NCBI GenBank assembly: GCA_031178045.1
Contig: JAPSJT010000001.1
Coordinates: 5,429 to 69,428 of the forward strand
Source of the DNA: Agromyces sp.
Lineage (GTDB): Bacteria; Actinomycetota; Actinomycetes; Actinomycetales; Microbacteriaceae
DNA length: 64,000 nt
Direction: 5' to 3'
In this document: piece by piece, positions 1-10,309 of the stretch
How positions within the stretch are numbered: position 1 is the stretch's first letter
Layout: each line of letters starts with the position of its first letter
Made by a program: the position numbers and the translations under genes
The notes under the pieces: generated by a model
Seen by the model: the letters and a program-made list of their open reading frames with translations, nothing else
What the model was told of the DNA's origin: nothing
The model's database searches: none

Positions 1-1494
1 ATCTTCACCAAGGGAGCGGAATTCCAGACCGAGGAGCTGCTCTCGCGGGCCCGGCAGACGGCGTTCCTCGTGCCCGGCCTCGCGCTCGACGTCGTCGACG
101 AACGCGGCGACGAGCCGAAGACGACCACATTCCAGTTCGAGGGCGGCATCTCGGAGTTCGTCGAGCATCTCGCGCCGGATGCCCCGCTCACCGACATCTG
201 GCGCATCACCGGCTCCGGCGGCTTCACCGAGACCGTGCCGGTGCTGAGCGAGAGCGGCGCGATGCTGCCCACCGAACTCGACCGCGAGTGCCACGTCGAC
301 ATCGCGCTGCGCTGGGGCACCGGCTACGAGACGATCGTGAAGTCGTTCGTCAACATCATCGCCACACCGAAGGGCGGCACGCACCAGCTCGGCTTCGACC
401 AGGGGCTGCTGAAGTTCCTGCGCCAGCAGGTCGAACAGAACGCGCGACGGTTGAAGGCCGGAAACGACAAGCTCGAGAAGGACGACGTGCTGGCCGGTCT
501 CACGGCGGTGATCACCGTGCGCCTGCCCGAGCCCCAGTTCGAAGGACAGACGAAGGAGGTGCTCGGCACGCCGGCCGTGCGTGCCATCGTGGCGAACGTC
601 CTCACGAAGGAACTCGGGGCGCGGTTCGCCTCCACGAAGCGGGACGACAAGGCGCAGTCCGCGTTGCTCCTCGACAAGGTGGTCGCCGAGATGAAGTCGC
701 GCATCTCGGCACGCGCGCACAAAGAGACGCAGCGCCGCAAGAACGCTCTCGAGAGCTCCTCGCTTCCTGCGAAGCTCGTCGACTGCCGCTCGAACGACGT
801 CGCCCAGAGCGAGCTCTTCATCGTCGAGGGCGATTCGGCGCTCGGCACCGCCAAGCTCGCTCGTGACAGCGAGCACCAGGCGCTCCTCCCGATCCGCGGC
901 AAGATCCTCAACGTGCAGAAGGCGAGCGTGTCCGACATGCTCGGCAACGCCGAATGCGCTTCGATCATCCAGGTGATCGGTGCCGGGTCCGGCCGGAGCT
1001 TCGATCTCTCGGCCGCCCGGTACGGCAAGGTCATCATCATGAGCGACGCCGACGTCGACGGCGCGCACATCCGCACCCTGCTGCTCACCCTCTTCTTCCG
1101 TTACATGCGGCCGATGATCGAGGAGGGCCGCGTGTTCGCCGCCGTCCCGCCGCTGCATCGGGTGGTCGTGATGAATCCGGGTTCGAAGCCCAACGAGACG
1201 ATCTACACCTACTCCGAGGCCGAGCTCCACGGCGTGCTCGCGACGTTGAAGAAGCAGGGCCGCCGCTTCCAGGACCCCATCCAGCGCTACAAGGGCCTCG
1301 GAGAGATGGACGCCGACCAGCTCGCGACGACGACGATGGACCGCCGCCACCGCACGCTGCGGCGCGTGGGGGTCGGCGACGCCGAGAACGCCGGACGCGT
1401 CTTCGAGCTGCTCATGGGCAACGACGTGGCGCCGCGCAAGGAGTTCATCATCGACAGCGCCGACGCGCTCGAGCGCGACCGCATCGACGCCTGA
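1..1494 (+). CDS. parE: DNA topoisomerase IV subunit B (GyrB/ParE family), 5' end cut by window edge
   Basis: Frame 1 is open from nt 1 (IFTKGAEFQTEELL...) and continuous with ORF 70..1494. Toprim and C-terminal motifs are visible: EGDSALGTAK, PIRGKILNVQKA, IMSDADVDGAHI, YKGLGEM. It is not in a gyrB-gyrA operon; a parC-like gene lies at 2975..5449. Confidence 0.8.
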   Translation: MFTKGAEFQTEELLSRARQTAFLVPGLALDVVDERGDEPKTTTFQFEGGISEFVEHLAPDAPLTDIWRITGSGGFTETVPVLSESGAMLPTELDRECHVDIALRWGTGYETIVKSFVNIIATPKGGTHQLGFDQGLLKFLRQQVEQNARRLKAGNDKLEKDDVLAGLTAVITVRLPEPQFEGQTKEVLGTPAVRAIVANVLTKELGARFASTKRDDKAQSALLLDKVVAEMKSRISARAHKETQRRKNALESSSLPAKLVDCRSNDVAQSELFIVEGDSALGTAKLARDSEHQALLPIRGKILNVQKASVSDMLGNAECASIIQVIGAGSGRSFDLSAARYGKVIIMSDADVDGAHIRTLLLTLFFRYMRPMIEEGRVFAAVPPLHRVVVMNPGSKPNETIYTYSEAELHGVLATLKKQGRRFQDPIQRYKGLGEMDADQLATTTMDRRHRTLRRVGVGDAENAGRVFELLMGNDVAPRKEFIIDSADALERDRIDA

Positions 1495-2826
1495 TCACCG
1501 GCCCGAGGGCCGGATGTTCTGATTGAGGTGGAAGAGGTTGCCGGGGTCGTACGCGTCCTTCACCGCCGTGAGACGGGCGAGTTTCTCCGCCGTGTAGGCA
1601 CGCCGGAGGCCGGCTTCGCCGTCGTCTCCGAGCACGTTCACGTACGCACCGCTCGCGAAGTCGTCCATGGTTCGCGCGTAGCGGCGTGCTGCCGAGATGC
1701 GTCGCTCATCGTCGTCGGCGTCCCGCCATCGGGAGGCGGCGACGAATTCGAACGCGGTGTCACGGCGTGAGAACGCGGCGTCCTCGTCGCCGACGTCCGC
1801 GATCGCGCCCCCGTAGGCCTGCAGGCTCACGTCGGGCGGGTCGTCCGTGCCGCGATCGAGGAGCGCATCGATGACCTCGTCGCCGAGCTCCCGGAAGTAG
1901 TGGCCCTTCCAGTACCTGCGCCAGGAGTGCCCCTCGATGTCGTCTTCGCGGGTCTGGAGCTCCAGGTAGCTGAGGTGCTCCACCGAGCTCTCGACCGGCT
2001 CGCTCGCCTCCGCGAGACGCAGGCCGAGTTCGTCGGCGCGCGCGTTTCCGGCGTCGGGATCGCCGACCCAGACGAGGCCCAGCGACACGAGGCCGCCCGA
2101 GATCGTCGCAGTGAACGTCGCCTCCCGAGGCGCCGTCCCGCTGAGGTCACGCCAGTGCCGCATCGGCGCCGCCGCCCGCTCGAGCGGGAAGCGGAACTCG
2201 GCCGAGAGGGCTCGCCCGGGCTCGGGGTGCAGTGCGAACTCGAATGCGGTGACGACGCCGAAGTTCCCGCCCCCGCCGCGGAGCGCCCAGAACAGGTCGG
2301 CGTGGGACTCGGCATCGACCTGAAGCGTCTCGCCAGTCGCGACGACGACCCGGAATGCGGTCACGTTGTCGCAGGCCAGCCCGTGCTGTCGGGCCAACCA
2401 GCCCATCCCGCCGCCGAGGGTGAGCCCGCCCACTCCCGTATGCGAGACGTTGCCGGCCGTCGTGGCCAGGCCGTACAACTGCGAAGCGCGATCGAGTGCA
2501 CCGAGCATCGCACCGCCCTGCACCGTGGCGCGTCGCGTCGTCGGGTCGATCATGACCTTCCCCATCGGGCGCAGGTCGATCATGAGGCCGTCCGGGGGAA
2601 CCGCGTGCCCGACGATGCCATGGCCGCCGCACCGGATCCCGACCTCGATGTCGTGCTGCGCTGCGAAACGCACGGCGTTCGCGACATCCGTCACGTCGGC
2701 GCACTGCACGATCCATCGCGGGCGGCGGTCGATCATGGCGTTCCAGACGGTTCGTGCCTCGTCGTATCCCGGGTCGAGCGGTTCGAGCACTCGCCCGCCG
2801 ATCTCCGCCCGCAGTGACGTCGCCAT
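1495..2826 (-). CDS. FAD-binding oxidoreductase (PCMH-type FAD domain, BBE-like C-terminus)
   Basis: 443-aa ORF with an ATG start. N-terminal FAD-binding pattern (RCGGHGIVGHA, GGGMGWLARQHGL) and C-terminal 'YVNVLGDD...KDAYDPGNLFHLNQNI', typical of FAD-linked oxidases. Its stop abuts the parE stop (TGATCA). Confidence 0.8.
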   Translation of the reverse strand: MATSLRAEIGGRVLEPLDPGYDEARTVWNAMIDRRPRWIVQCADVTDVANAVRFAAQHDIEVGIRCGGHGIVGHAVPPDGLMIDLRPMGKVMIDPTTRRATVQGGAMLGALDRASQLYGLATTAGNVSHTGVGGLTLGGGMGWLARQHGLACDNVTAFRVVVATGETLQVDAESHADLFWALRGGGGNFGVVTAFEFALHPEPGRALSAEFRFPLERAAAPMRHWRDLSGTAPREATFTATISGGLVSLGLVWVGDPDAGNARADELGLRLAEASEPVESSVEHLSYLELQTREDDIEGHSWRRYWKGHYFRELGDEVIDALLDRGTDDPPDVSLQAYGGAIADVGDEDAAFSRRDTAFEFVAASRWRDADDDERRISAARRYARTMDDFASGAYVNVLGDDGEAGLRRAYTAEKLARLTAVKDAYDPGNLFHLNQNIRPSGR

Positions 2827-2974
2827 CGTGCCTCCGTTCGACCGGTGCCCGATCGACGGCGACTCTCGTCACCGCACGGATCGGCCACGGCCGAATATGC
2901 CGCTCGTCCGGACGCGCGTCAAGGTCAGGACGAGATGGGCGGCGAGGCGAGCCGGCTCGGCCGGGGCAGCCGGA

Positions 2975-5449
2975 TCAGCCGATCCGGGCGCCGACCGATG
3001 CCACGACGGCGTCGAGCGTCTGGCCCGACGCGTCGCGTTTGGCACCCCCGTCGGGAAGCTGCCGTGCCGAGCCGTCGATGCCGACGCCGAGCGCGGGGGA
3101 GGGGCCGACCCACGCCACGTGCAGTGCGTCCTCGCCCTTCAGGAACCGCTGTGCTCGTACACCTCCGGTCGCCCGGCCCTTCGCTGGGAACTCCGAGAAC
3201 GCGCTCACCTTCGCGCTGCCGGGGTCGGTGCCGAGGAGCGTGTCGCTCGACGCCGCGATCGTCACGACCACGGTCTCGTCGGAGGCGTCCGACGGCACGC
3301 TCGTGAAGTGGATGACATGCGCGCCGTCGCCGAGGTTGATCCCCGCCATCCCGCCGGCGGGGCATCCCTGCGGACGCACCGAAGTCGCCGGGAACCTGAG
3401 CAGCTGCGCGTCGGATGCCACGAAGACGAGTTCGTCGGTCTCATCGCCCTGCACCGCACCGACGATCTCGTCGCCCGCCTTGAGACTGATGATCTCGAAC
3501 TCGGGCCTGCTGGGATAGGCCCCCGTCGCGACTCGCTTGACGACCCCCTGCTTCGTGCCGAGGGCGATCGAGCGATCGCCCTCGAGCGACACGAGCGCGA
3601 GCACGCGTTCGTCGCGGTTCGCCAGCGCGAGGTAGTCGCCCACGCGGACGCCGGCACCGAGCTGCACTGACGTGGGGGGCAGCATCGGCAGATCGACCGG
3701 GGTGAAGCGGATGACGCGACCGAGGCTCGTGACCGCCCCGATCTCGGCCCGGCTCGTCGTGTCGATCGTCGAACGGATCGCGTCGTGCTTGCTGCGTCGG
3801 GCCGGCGGGGTGATCACTGGCGGTCCGTCCTCGCCGAGCGGCAGGTCGACACGGGCGATGCGACCCGTCGTGCTGAGGAACACGCGGCAGGGGACATCCG
3901 CGACCTCGAGCACGGCGGCGGCGCGCTTCGCGGCGGCACCGGCGATGCTCGGCCGCGCGTCGGTGAGGAGGGTGCGCCGCGGGGTTCCGAATCGCTCGGC
4001 GATCTCGGCGAGCTCGTCGGAGACGAGGGCCTCGATGCGCTGCCGGCTCGCGAGCAGCTCTTCGAGCGCGGCGATCTCGGCTCGCAGGCGATCGCGCTCG
4101 GCCTCGAGCTCGATACGCGAGAACTTCGTGAGGCGACGCAGCTGCAGCTCGAGAATGTACTCGGCCTGCAGCTGGCTGAGGTCGAAGACCTCCATGAGCC
4201 TGGTGCGTGCGGCGGCGGTGTCGTCGCTCGAGCGGATGACCTGGATGACCTCGTCGATGTCGAGGATCGCGATGAGCAGTCCGTCGACGAGGTGCAGGCG
4301 TTCCTTCTTGCGGGCGAGACGGTACTGCGATCGCCGCGTGACCACCGAGATGCGGTGGGCGACGTAGACCTGGAGGAGCTCCCGGAGGCCGAGCGTCTGC
4401 GGCCCGCCGTCGACGAGCGCGACGTTGTTGATGTTGAAGGAGTCCTCGAGCGGGGTCAGCCGGTAGAGCTGCTCGAGCACCGCCTCGGGGCTGAACCCGG
4501 TCTTGATGCCGATGACGAGTCGCAGGCCGTTGGTGCGGTCGGTGAGGTCGGTGATGTCGGAGATGCCGCTGATCTTCTTGGCGTTGACGCCGTCCTTGAT
4601 CTTCTCGATGACCTTCTCGGGGCCGACGAGGTACGGCAGCTCGGTGACCACGAGACCTGTCTTGCGCGCGGTGATCTGCTCGACCGTCACCTTCGCCCGC
4701 GTCTTGAAGCTGCCGCGGCCCGTGGCGTACGCATCTCGGATGCCGGCGAGGCCCACGATGGTGCCACCGGAGGGGAGGTCGGGACCGGGAACGAACTCCA
4801 TGAGCTCATCGAGCGTCGCATCCGGGTTCGCGATGAGGTGCCGGGCCGCCCCGACGACCTCGATGAGGTTGTGGGGCGCCATGTTCGTGGCCATGCCGAC
4901 GGCGATGCCGCTCGCGCCGTTGACGAGGAGATTCGGGTAGGCCGACGGCAGCACGTCGGGTTGCGTGAGCTGGTTGTCGTAGTTCGGTACGAAATCGACG
5001 ACGTCTTCGTCGAGGCCGTCGGTCATCGCGAGCGCGGGGGCGGCGAGCCGGGCTTCGGTGTATCGAGGAGCCGCCGGCCCGTCGTCGAGCGAGCCGAAGT
5101 TGCCGTGGCCGTCGATGAGCGGCACGCGAAGCGTGAACGACTGCGCCATGCGTACGAGCGCGTCGTAGATCGCGGTGTCGCCGTGCGGGTGCAGCTTGCC
5201 CATGACCTCGCCGACCACGCGCGCCGACTTCACGTGCCCGCGGTCGGGCCGCAGGCCCATCTCGGTCATCTGGTAGAGGATGCGCCGCTGCACGGGCTTG
5301 AGCCCGTCACGGGCGTCGGGGAGCGCCCGCGAGTAGATGACCGAGTAGGCGTACTCGAGGAAGGAGCCCTGCATCTCGGTGGCGACGTCGACGTCTTCGA
5401 TGCGTTCGACGATCGGCTCGTCGGCGGGCGGGTTCTTGGCTCGGGTCAT
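2975..5449 (-). CDS. parC: DNA topoisomerase IV subunit A (GyrA/ParC family)
   Basis: 824-aa ORF. N-terminus '[30 protein letters not shown]' and '[17 protein letters not shown]' are type IIA subunit A hallmarks. I saw no GyrA-box-like QRRGGKG in the C-terminal domain, which favours topo IV over gyrase. Confidence 0.8.
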   Translation of the reverse strand: MTRAKNPPADEPIVERIEDVDVATEMQGSFLEYAYSVIYSRALPDARDGLKPVQRRILYQMTEMGLRPDRGHVKSARVVGEVMGKLHPHGDTAIYDALVRMAQSFTLRVPLIDGHGNFGSLDDGPAAPRYTEARLAAPALAMTDGLDEDVVDFVPNYDNQLTQPDVLPSAYPNLLVNGASGIAVGMATNMAPHNLIEVVGAARHLIANPDATLDELMEFVPGPDLPSGGTIVGLAGIRDAYATGRGSFKTRAKVTVEQITARKTGLVVTELPYLVGPEKVIEKIKDGVNAKKISGISDITDLTDRTNGLRLVIGIKTGFSPEAVLEQLYRLTPLEDSFNINNVALVDGGPQTLGLRELLQVYVAHRISVVTRRSQYRLARKKERLHLVDGLLIAILDIDEVIQVIRSSDDTAAARTRLMEVFDLSQLQAEYILELQLRRLTKFSRIELEAERDRLRAEIAALEELLASRQRIEALVSDELAEIAERFGTPRRTLLTDARPSIAGAAAKRAAAVLEVADVPCRVFLSTTGRIARVDLPLGEDGPPVITPPARRSKHDAIRSTIDTTSRAEIGAVTSLGRVIRFTPVDLPMLPPTSVQLGAGVRVGDYLALANRDERVLALVSLEGDRSIALGTKQGVVKRVATGAYPSRPEFEIISLKAGDEIVGAVQGDETDELVFVASDAQLLRFPATSVRPQGCPAGGMAGINLGDGAHVIHFTSVPSDASDETVVVTIAASSDTLLGTDPGSAKVSAFSEFPAKGRATGGVRAQRFLKGEDALHVAWVGPSPALGVGIDGSARQLPDGGAKRDASGQTLDAVVASVGARIG

Positions 5450-5524
5450 CCGTCATCTCTGCTGCTGGCGTGCGCGGCACGCGGGGGAACAGGGGCGCGC
5501 CCGGCCTGTGCCAGACTGGGCGCG

Positions 5525-6676
5525 ATGCCAGCAATGCTACCGGTGCCCGCCGTCAGCGCTCCGCGGCTTGCCGGGGTGCTCGGCAGTTCGCTCTCGAGCC
5601 TCCGGCGCGAGTCCAACCCGTTCGACCTGCCGGCGGCATCCGCGGCGGTCATCGTGCTCGTCGACGGGCTCGGCGCCGCGAACATCCAGGCCCGCGCGGG
5701 GCACGCCAGGTTCCTCTCGTCGCGGATGTCGCGCCGCGACGTCATCCGCACCGTGTTGCCCTCGACGACGGCCGCGGCACTCGCGAGTTTCGCCACCGGC
5801 CGGATGCCGGGCGAGCACGGCCTGGTCGGCTACCGCGTCCTCGACGTCGCGCACGATCGCGTCGTGAACCAGTTGAACGGCTGGGACGAGCGGATGGCGC
5901 CCGAGGAGTGGCAGCCGGCCGAGACGCTCTTCGAGACGGCTCGATCCTCAGGGATCCCGACCTTCGCGGTCGGTGCCGCCCGCTACGCCGACTCCGGCTT
6001 CACGCGCGCCGTCCTGCGTGGTGCCGAGTACCGGCCCGCCGCCACGATCGCCGATCGCTTCGCCGAGGCGGAGCGGCTGGTGGTCGACGAGCCCGGCGCC
6101 CTCGTCTACGTCTACGTCCCCGAGCTCGACCAGGCCGCGCACGCGTACGGCTGGGAGTCCGAGCGCTGGCTCACGATCCTCGAGCTGCTCGATGCCGAGC
6201 TCGCGGCGTTCGAGCGTCGGATGCCGCGTGGCACCGGCCTGCTCGTCACGGCCGACCACGGTGTGATCGACGTACCCGCACATCGCCACGTGTTCCTCGA
6301 CGACCACCTCGGCCTGCTGGAGCCCGTGCGCCACGTCGCCGGCGAGCCGCGCTTCATCTCGCTCTATCTGGAGCCCGAGCTCGGCGCGGCCGCCCGGGCG
6401 GCCCTGCTCGAGGCCTGGCGCGCCGCGGAGGGACACCGCTCATGGGTGCTCGGCCGCGACGAGGCCATCGAGAGCGGGCTCTACGGCACCACGGTCGCAC
6501 CCGACGTTCGGGGTCGGATCGGCGACATCCTCATCGCTGCACGTTCCGGCATCGCGTATTACGACCGGCGCGAGCCCGATCGCCGCGCTGAGGCGATGAT
6601 CGGCCAGCACGGGTCCGTCAGCGACGAGGAGACGCGCGTGCCGCTCGTACGAGCGGGTGCCTACGCTCGACCGTGA
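5525..6676 (+). CDS. alkaline phosphatase / nucleotide pyrophosphatase family protein
   Basis: Downstream part of ORF 3785..6676. The first plausible start is ATG 5525 (MPAMLPVPAV), just after the divergent parC start. 'VLVDGLGA', 'LPSTTAAALASFATG..PGEHG' and 'LLVTADHG' fit the metal-dependent phosphodiesterase fold. Confidence 0.7.
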   Translation: MPAMLPVPAVSAPRLAGVLGSSLSSLRRESNPFDLPAASAAVIVLVDGLGAANIQARAGHARFLSSRMSRRDVIRTVLPSTTAAALASFATGRMPGEHGLVGYRVLDVAHDRVVNQLNGWDERMAPEEWQPAETLFETARSSGIPTFAVGAARYADSGFTRAVLRGAEYRPAATIADRFAEAERLVVDEPGALVYVYVPELDQAAHAYGWESERWLTILELLDAELAAFERRMPRGTGLLVTADHGVIDVPAHRHVFLDDHLGLLEPVRHVAGEPRFISLYLEPELGAAARAALLEAWRAAEGHRSWVLGRDEAIESGLYGTTVAPDVRGRIGDILIAARSGIAYYDRREPDRRAEAMIGQHGSVSDEETRVPLVRAGAYARP

Positions 6677-6710
6677 GGCACCGGCGCCAGGCGCCGGTCA
6701 GAACGAGACC

Positions 6711-7295
6711 TCAGACGGGGTAGTGGCCGCGCTTGACCTGGGGCTTCGGCAGCCGGAGCGGACGCAGCTGCAGGGCGCGCATGGCGGCGTACCAGCGGAT
6801 CCGTTCGGCCTTGTCGTCGCCGAACTTCGCCTTGAGCTTGCGCGTGAGGATGCCGCCGAGGATGACGACGTCCACGACCGCGACGATGAAGAATGCCCAG
6901 AGGGCGAGGATGCCGATCGTCTGCACCTCGTAGCTCGGCACGAGCGTGAGCAGGATCACGAGGAACATCACCGGGATGAGCACCTCGCCGATGCTGAAGC
7001 GCGCGTCGACGTAATCGCGAACGAACTTCTTCTGCGGCCCGCGGTCGCGCATCGGCAGATAGCGCTCATCGCCCGCGGCCATGCCGACCCGGGCGCGCTC
7101 TCGCGCCTCGGCCTGCTTGGCGCGGGCCTGGCGAGCCGCCTCCTTGCGGTCGTTCGGCACGAGCGGGCGCTTGCGAGCCGCCTCCTGCTGTGCACGGCTC
7201 GGCGTCGGCGCCCCCTTGCCGGCCTTCAGCCGCGCGGCGGTCTCTTCGAGCGTCTCTGCGCTCGGCTGATCGGTGCTGTCGGGGTGCTTTGCCAC
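6711..7295 (-). CDS. DUF3043 domain-containing membrane protein
   Basis: 194-aa ORF with a GTG start and an upstream GAGGA. Lys/Arg/Ala-rich N-terminus followed by 'RDYVDARFSIGEVLIPVMFLVILL' and a second TM helix, the typical DUF3043 layout. Confidence 0.7.
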   Translation of the reverse strand: MAKHPDSTDQPSAETLEETAARLKAGKGAPTPSRAQQEAARKRPLVPNDRKEAARQARAKQAEARERARVGMAAGDERYLPMRDRGPQKKFVRDYVDARFSIGEVLIPVMFLVILLTLVPSYEVQTIGILALWAFFIVAVVDVVILGGILTRKLKAKFGDDKAERIRWYAAMRALQLRPLRLPKPQVKRGHYPV

Positions 7296-7320
7296 GGGAG
7301 TCCTCGAATCGGTTGCCCCT

Positions 7321-7326
7321 TAAGAT
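7321..7326 (+). promoter_or_regulatory. candidate -10 hexamer TAAGAT placed for a leaderless M20 dipeptidase transcript
   Basis: TAAGAT (TANNNT) ends 7 nt before the ATG at 7334. There is no SD in between. No good -35 was seen. Confidence 0.3.
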
Positions 7327-7333
7327 TACCGGC

Positions 7334-8758
7334 ATGACTCAGCCCCTTCCGACCGATCCCGCAGGCGACGTCGACGCAGCCACGAACGAGGCCATCCGAC
7401 GAGCCGTCGACGCGGGTTTCCCGGGTACGGTGGCCGACCTCGCGAGACTCGTGCGCATCCCTTCCGTGTCCTGGCCGGCGTTCGACCCTGGCCACGTCGC
7501 ACAGAGCGCCGAGGCCGTCGCCGAGTTGCTTCGCGGCACCGGCGTCTTCGAGCTCGTCGAGGTGCGCCGGGCCGCGGTCGAGGACGGGTCGGAACTCGGC
7601 CAGCCCGCCGTCGTGGCTCATCGGCCGGCGCGCAACGACCGCCCGACGGTGCTCCTGTACGCGCACCACGACGTGCAGCCGCCCGGGAAGGACGAGGACT
7701 GGGAGACGCCGCCGTTCGAACCGACGCAGCGCGGCGACCGTCTGCATGGGCGGGGCGCCGCCGACGACAAGGCCGGCATCATGGCGCACGTCGGCGCCAT
7801 CCGGGCCCTCTCCGAGGCGGCGGGGGACTTCGACCTCGGACTCGCGGTGTTCATCGAGGGCGAGGAGGAGTGGGCGTCGCGTTCGTTCGGCAACTTCCTC
7901 TCCGAGAACCGGGAGGTGCTCGCCGCCGATGCGATCATCGTGGCGGACTCCGGGAACTGGGACCTCGAGACGCCGGCGATCACCGTGGCGCTTCGCGGTG
8001 CGGTCGCCTTCAACCTTCGGATCGACACCCTGGCCCATGCCTCCCACTCCGGCATGTACGGGGGAGCGGTGCCCGACGCGATGCTCGCGGCCATCCGGCT
8101 CCTCGACACGCTCTGGGACGAGGCAGGGTCGGTCGCGGTCGACGGTCTCCGCAGTGCCGGCCTCGAGACGCCCGCCTACGACGAGGCTCAGTTGCGCGCC
8201 GAGGCGGGGCTCCTCGACGGCGTGACGCCGATCGGCACGGGCACGATCCTCTCCCGCATCTGGTCGCAGCCCTCGATCACCGTCACGGGAATCGATGCAC
8301 CGGATGTCGCGAACGCCTCGAACACGCTCGTGCCGGGCGTGCGCGTCCGCATCAGCGCTCGGATCGCGCCCGGCCAGGACGCGAACGAGGCGTACGCGGC
8401 AATCAGGGGCCACCTCGAGCGGCACGTCCCGTTCGGCGCCCGCTTGAGCTTCGAGGAGCCCGACCGCGGGCAGCCGTTCCTCGTCGACACGACCGGCTGG
8501 GCGGTCGCCGAGACACGTGCGGCGATGACCGAGGGCTGGGGGAGGCCGCCTGTCGAGGTCGGCGTCGGCGGATCCATCCCGTTCATCGCCGAGCTCGTCG
8601 CGGAATTCCCCCAGGCGCAGATCCTCGTCACGGGAGTCGAGGACCCCGATTCGCGGGCGCACAGCCCGAACGAGTCCCTCCACCTCGGCGTGTTCAAGCG
8701 AGCGCTGCTCAGCGAAGCGCTCTTCCTCGCCCGACTGGATGCCCGAACGCTCGACTGA
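7334..8758 (+). CDS. M20 family dipeptidase / metallopeptidase
   Basis: In-frame ATG (MTQPLPTDP) within ORF 7190..8758. 'LLYAHHDVQPPG...W..PPFEP' and 'HGRGAADDKAG' are M20 metal-binding motifs. Confidence 0.8.
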   Translation: MTQPLPTDPAGDVDAATNEAIRRAVDAGFPGTVADLARLVRIPSVSWPAFDPGHVAQSAEAVAELLRGTGVFELVEVRRAAVEDGSELGQPAVVAHRPARNDRPTVLLYAHHDVQPPGKDEDWETPPFEPTQRGDRLHGRGAADDKAGIMAHVGAIRALSEAAGDFDLGLAVFIEGEEEWASRSFGNFLSENREVLAADAIIVADSGNWDLETPAITVALRGAVAFNLRIDTLAHASHSGMYGGAVPDAMLAAIRLLDTLWDEAGSVAVDGLRSAGLETPAYDEAQLRAEAGLLDGVTPIGTGTILSRIWSQPSITVTGIDAPDVANASNTLVPGVRVRISARIAPGQDANEAYAAIRGHLERHVPFGARLSFEEPDRGQPFLVDTTGWAVAETRAAMTEGWGRPPVEVGVGGSIPFIAELVAEFPQAQILVTGVEDPDSRAHSPNESLHLGVFKRALLSEALFLARLDARTLD

Positions 8759-8854
8759 GGCGTTCCGGCGCACTCGAGCGGTTCGGGGTGTTCATGCAGC
8801 CGGGCCCGTTACCATTGAAGTGAACCCGCGTTCCCTGACGCATCGAGGAGAGAC

Positions 8855-9205
8855 ATGAGCGACACGATCACCGAGACCGCGCACGGCGTGAAGCTGAGCG
8901 AGACGGCCGCCGACAAGGTGCGCAGCCTGCTCGAACAGGAGGGTCGCGACGACCTGCGACTTCGCGTCGCCGTGCAGCCCGGCGGATGCTCCGGCCTCAT
9001 CTATCAGCTCTACTTCGACGAGCGGCTCCTCGACGGTGACGCCGTCGTCGACTTCACGGGCGTCGAGGTCGTCGTCGACAAGATGAGCGTTCCGTACCTC
9101 GATGGCGCGTCGATCGACTTCGAGGACACGATCCAGAAGCAGGGTTTCACCATCGACAACCCCAACGCGCAGGGCAGCTGCGCGTGCGGCGACTCGTTCC
9201 ACTGA
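8855..9205 (+). CDS. HesB/IscA-family iron-sulfur cluster insertion protein (ErpA-like)
   Basis: 116 aa with a strong GAGGAGAGA SD. 'GGCSG' plus the C-terminal 'CACGDSF' cysteine signature. Confidence 0.85.
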   Translation: MSDTITETAHGVKLSETAADKVRSLLEQEGRDDLRLRVAVQPGGCSGLIYQLYFDERLLDGDAVVDFTGVEVVVDKMSVPYLDGASIDFEDTIQKQGFTIDNPNAQGSCACGDSFH

Positions 9206-9224
9206 CGCAGACCGAACACCGCTC

Positions 9225-9256
9225 CGAAGGGAGGCCGCTCGCGCGGCCTCCCTTCG
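9225..9256 (+). terminator. stem-loop downstream of the HesB/IscA gene
   Basis: Perfect 13-bp stem CGAAGGGAGGCCG / CGGCCTCCCTTCG with a 6-nt loop, 20 nt after the stop. The T-tract is weak. Confidence 0.5.
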
Positions 9257-9406
9257 TCGTCCCTCGCCCAGCGTCGGGCGGATCCCGCCGACGGACGGGT
9301 CCGACACCGGCGGCCGGTGCACATCCGAGTGGTCGAGTCGGAGTAGGCTAGGGATGATCACCGCGCTTCGCTGTGAAGCGCCTTCGAGTCTCCCGAAAGG
9401 TCACCG

Positions 9407-10309
9407 GTGCGCCACAATCGCCGTCTCCGATGGGCTGCAATCCCGATCGCAGCGTCGCTCAGCCTCGTCCTCGCCGGATGCACGCAGGCCCAGCTGAACG
9501 GATTCCTCCCGGGGTTCGAAGAGGGCGCTGAGCCCGTCACCAACCACACCGAGCGCGTGTCGGGCCTCTGGGTCACGTCATGGATCGTCCTGCTCGTCGT
9601 GGGCGTCATCACGTGGGGGCTCACGATCTGGGCCGTCATCGCGTACCGCCGCCGCAAGGGCCAGACCGGCCTGCCCGTGCAGCTGCGCTACAACATGCCG
9701 ATCGAGGTGTTCTACACGATCGTCCCGCTCATCCTGGTGCTCGGGTTCTTCGCGTTCACGGCGCGCGACCAGCAGGCGATCGAGCAGCGCTTCGCCGAGG
9801 AGGACATCGACGTCAAGGTCGAGGTCATCGCCAAGCAGTGGGCATGGGACTTCAACTACGTCAACGAAGACGTCTACTCACCCGGGATCCAGGGCCAGCT
9901 CTCCGAGGAGGGCGCGAAGGGCTCGCTCGTGCAGTCCGAGCTGCCGACGCTCTACCTGCCCGTCGGCGCGAACGTCGAGATCGCCCTCGAGTCGCGTGAC
10001 GTCATCCACTCCTTCTGGGTCGTCGACTTCCTCTACAAGAAGGACATGTTCCCCGGCAAGACCAACTACATGTCGTTCGTGCCGACCCGCGAAGGCACCT
10101 ACGAGGGCAAGTGCGCCGAGCTCTGCGGTGAGTACCACTCGCTGATGCTCTTCAACGTCGAGGTCGTGTCGGAGGCGGAGTACGAGGAGTACATCGAGTC
10201 GTTGCGCGACCTCGGTCAAGAGGGTCAGCTCTCCAACGAGTACGACCGCAACCAGAACCTGCCCGGCACGGGCGAGCCCGAACTGAAAGAGGAGCACGAA
10301 GCCGAATGA
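9407..10309 (+). CDS. ctaC: cytochrome c oxidase (aa3) subunit II, lipoprotein
   Basis: 300 aa with a GTG start. Signal peptide with lipobox LAGC, two TM helices, and the CuA site 'HSFWV...CAELCGEYH'. Confidence 0.9.
   Translation: MRHNRRLRWAAIPIAASLSLVLAGCTQAQLNGFLPGFEEGAEPVTNHTERVSGLWVTSWIVLLVVGVITWGLTIWAVIAYRRRKGQTGLPVQLRYNMPIEVFYTIVPLILVLGFFAFTARDQQAIEQRFAEEDIDVKVEVIAKQWAWDFNYVNEDVYSPGIQGQLSEEGAKGSLVQSELPTLYLPVGANVEIALESRDVIHSFWVVDFLYKKDMFPGKTNYMSFVPTREGTYEGKCAELCGEYHSLMLFNVEVVSEAEYEEYIESLRDLGQEGQLSNEYDRNQNLPGTGEPELKEEHEAE

Noticed and set aside
3785-5524. Upstream 580 codons of the 963-aa plus-strand ORF 3785..6676
   Set aside because: It lies exactly antisense to the well-conserved parC gene. 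The translation is Arg/Gly/Asp/Glu-rich low-complexity sequence typical of an open antisense frame in high-GC DNA. Only the part after ATG 5525 looks like a real (alkaline phosphatase family) protein.
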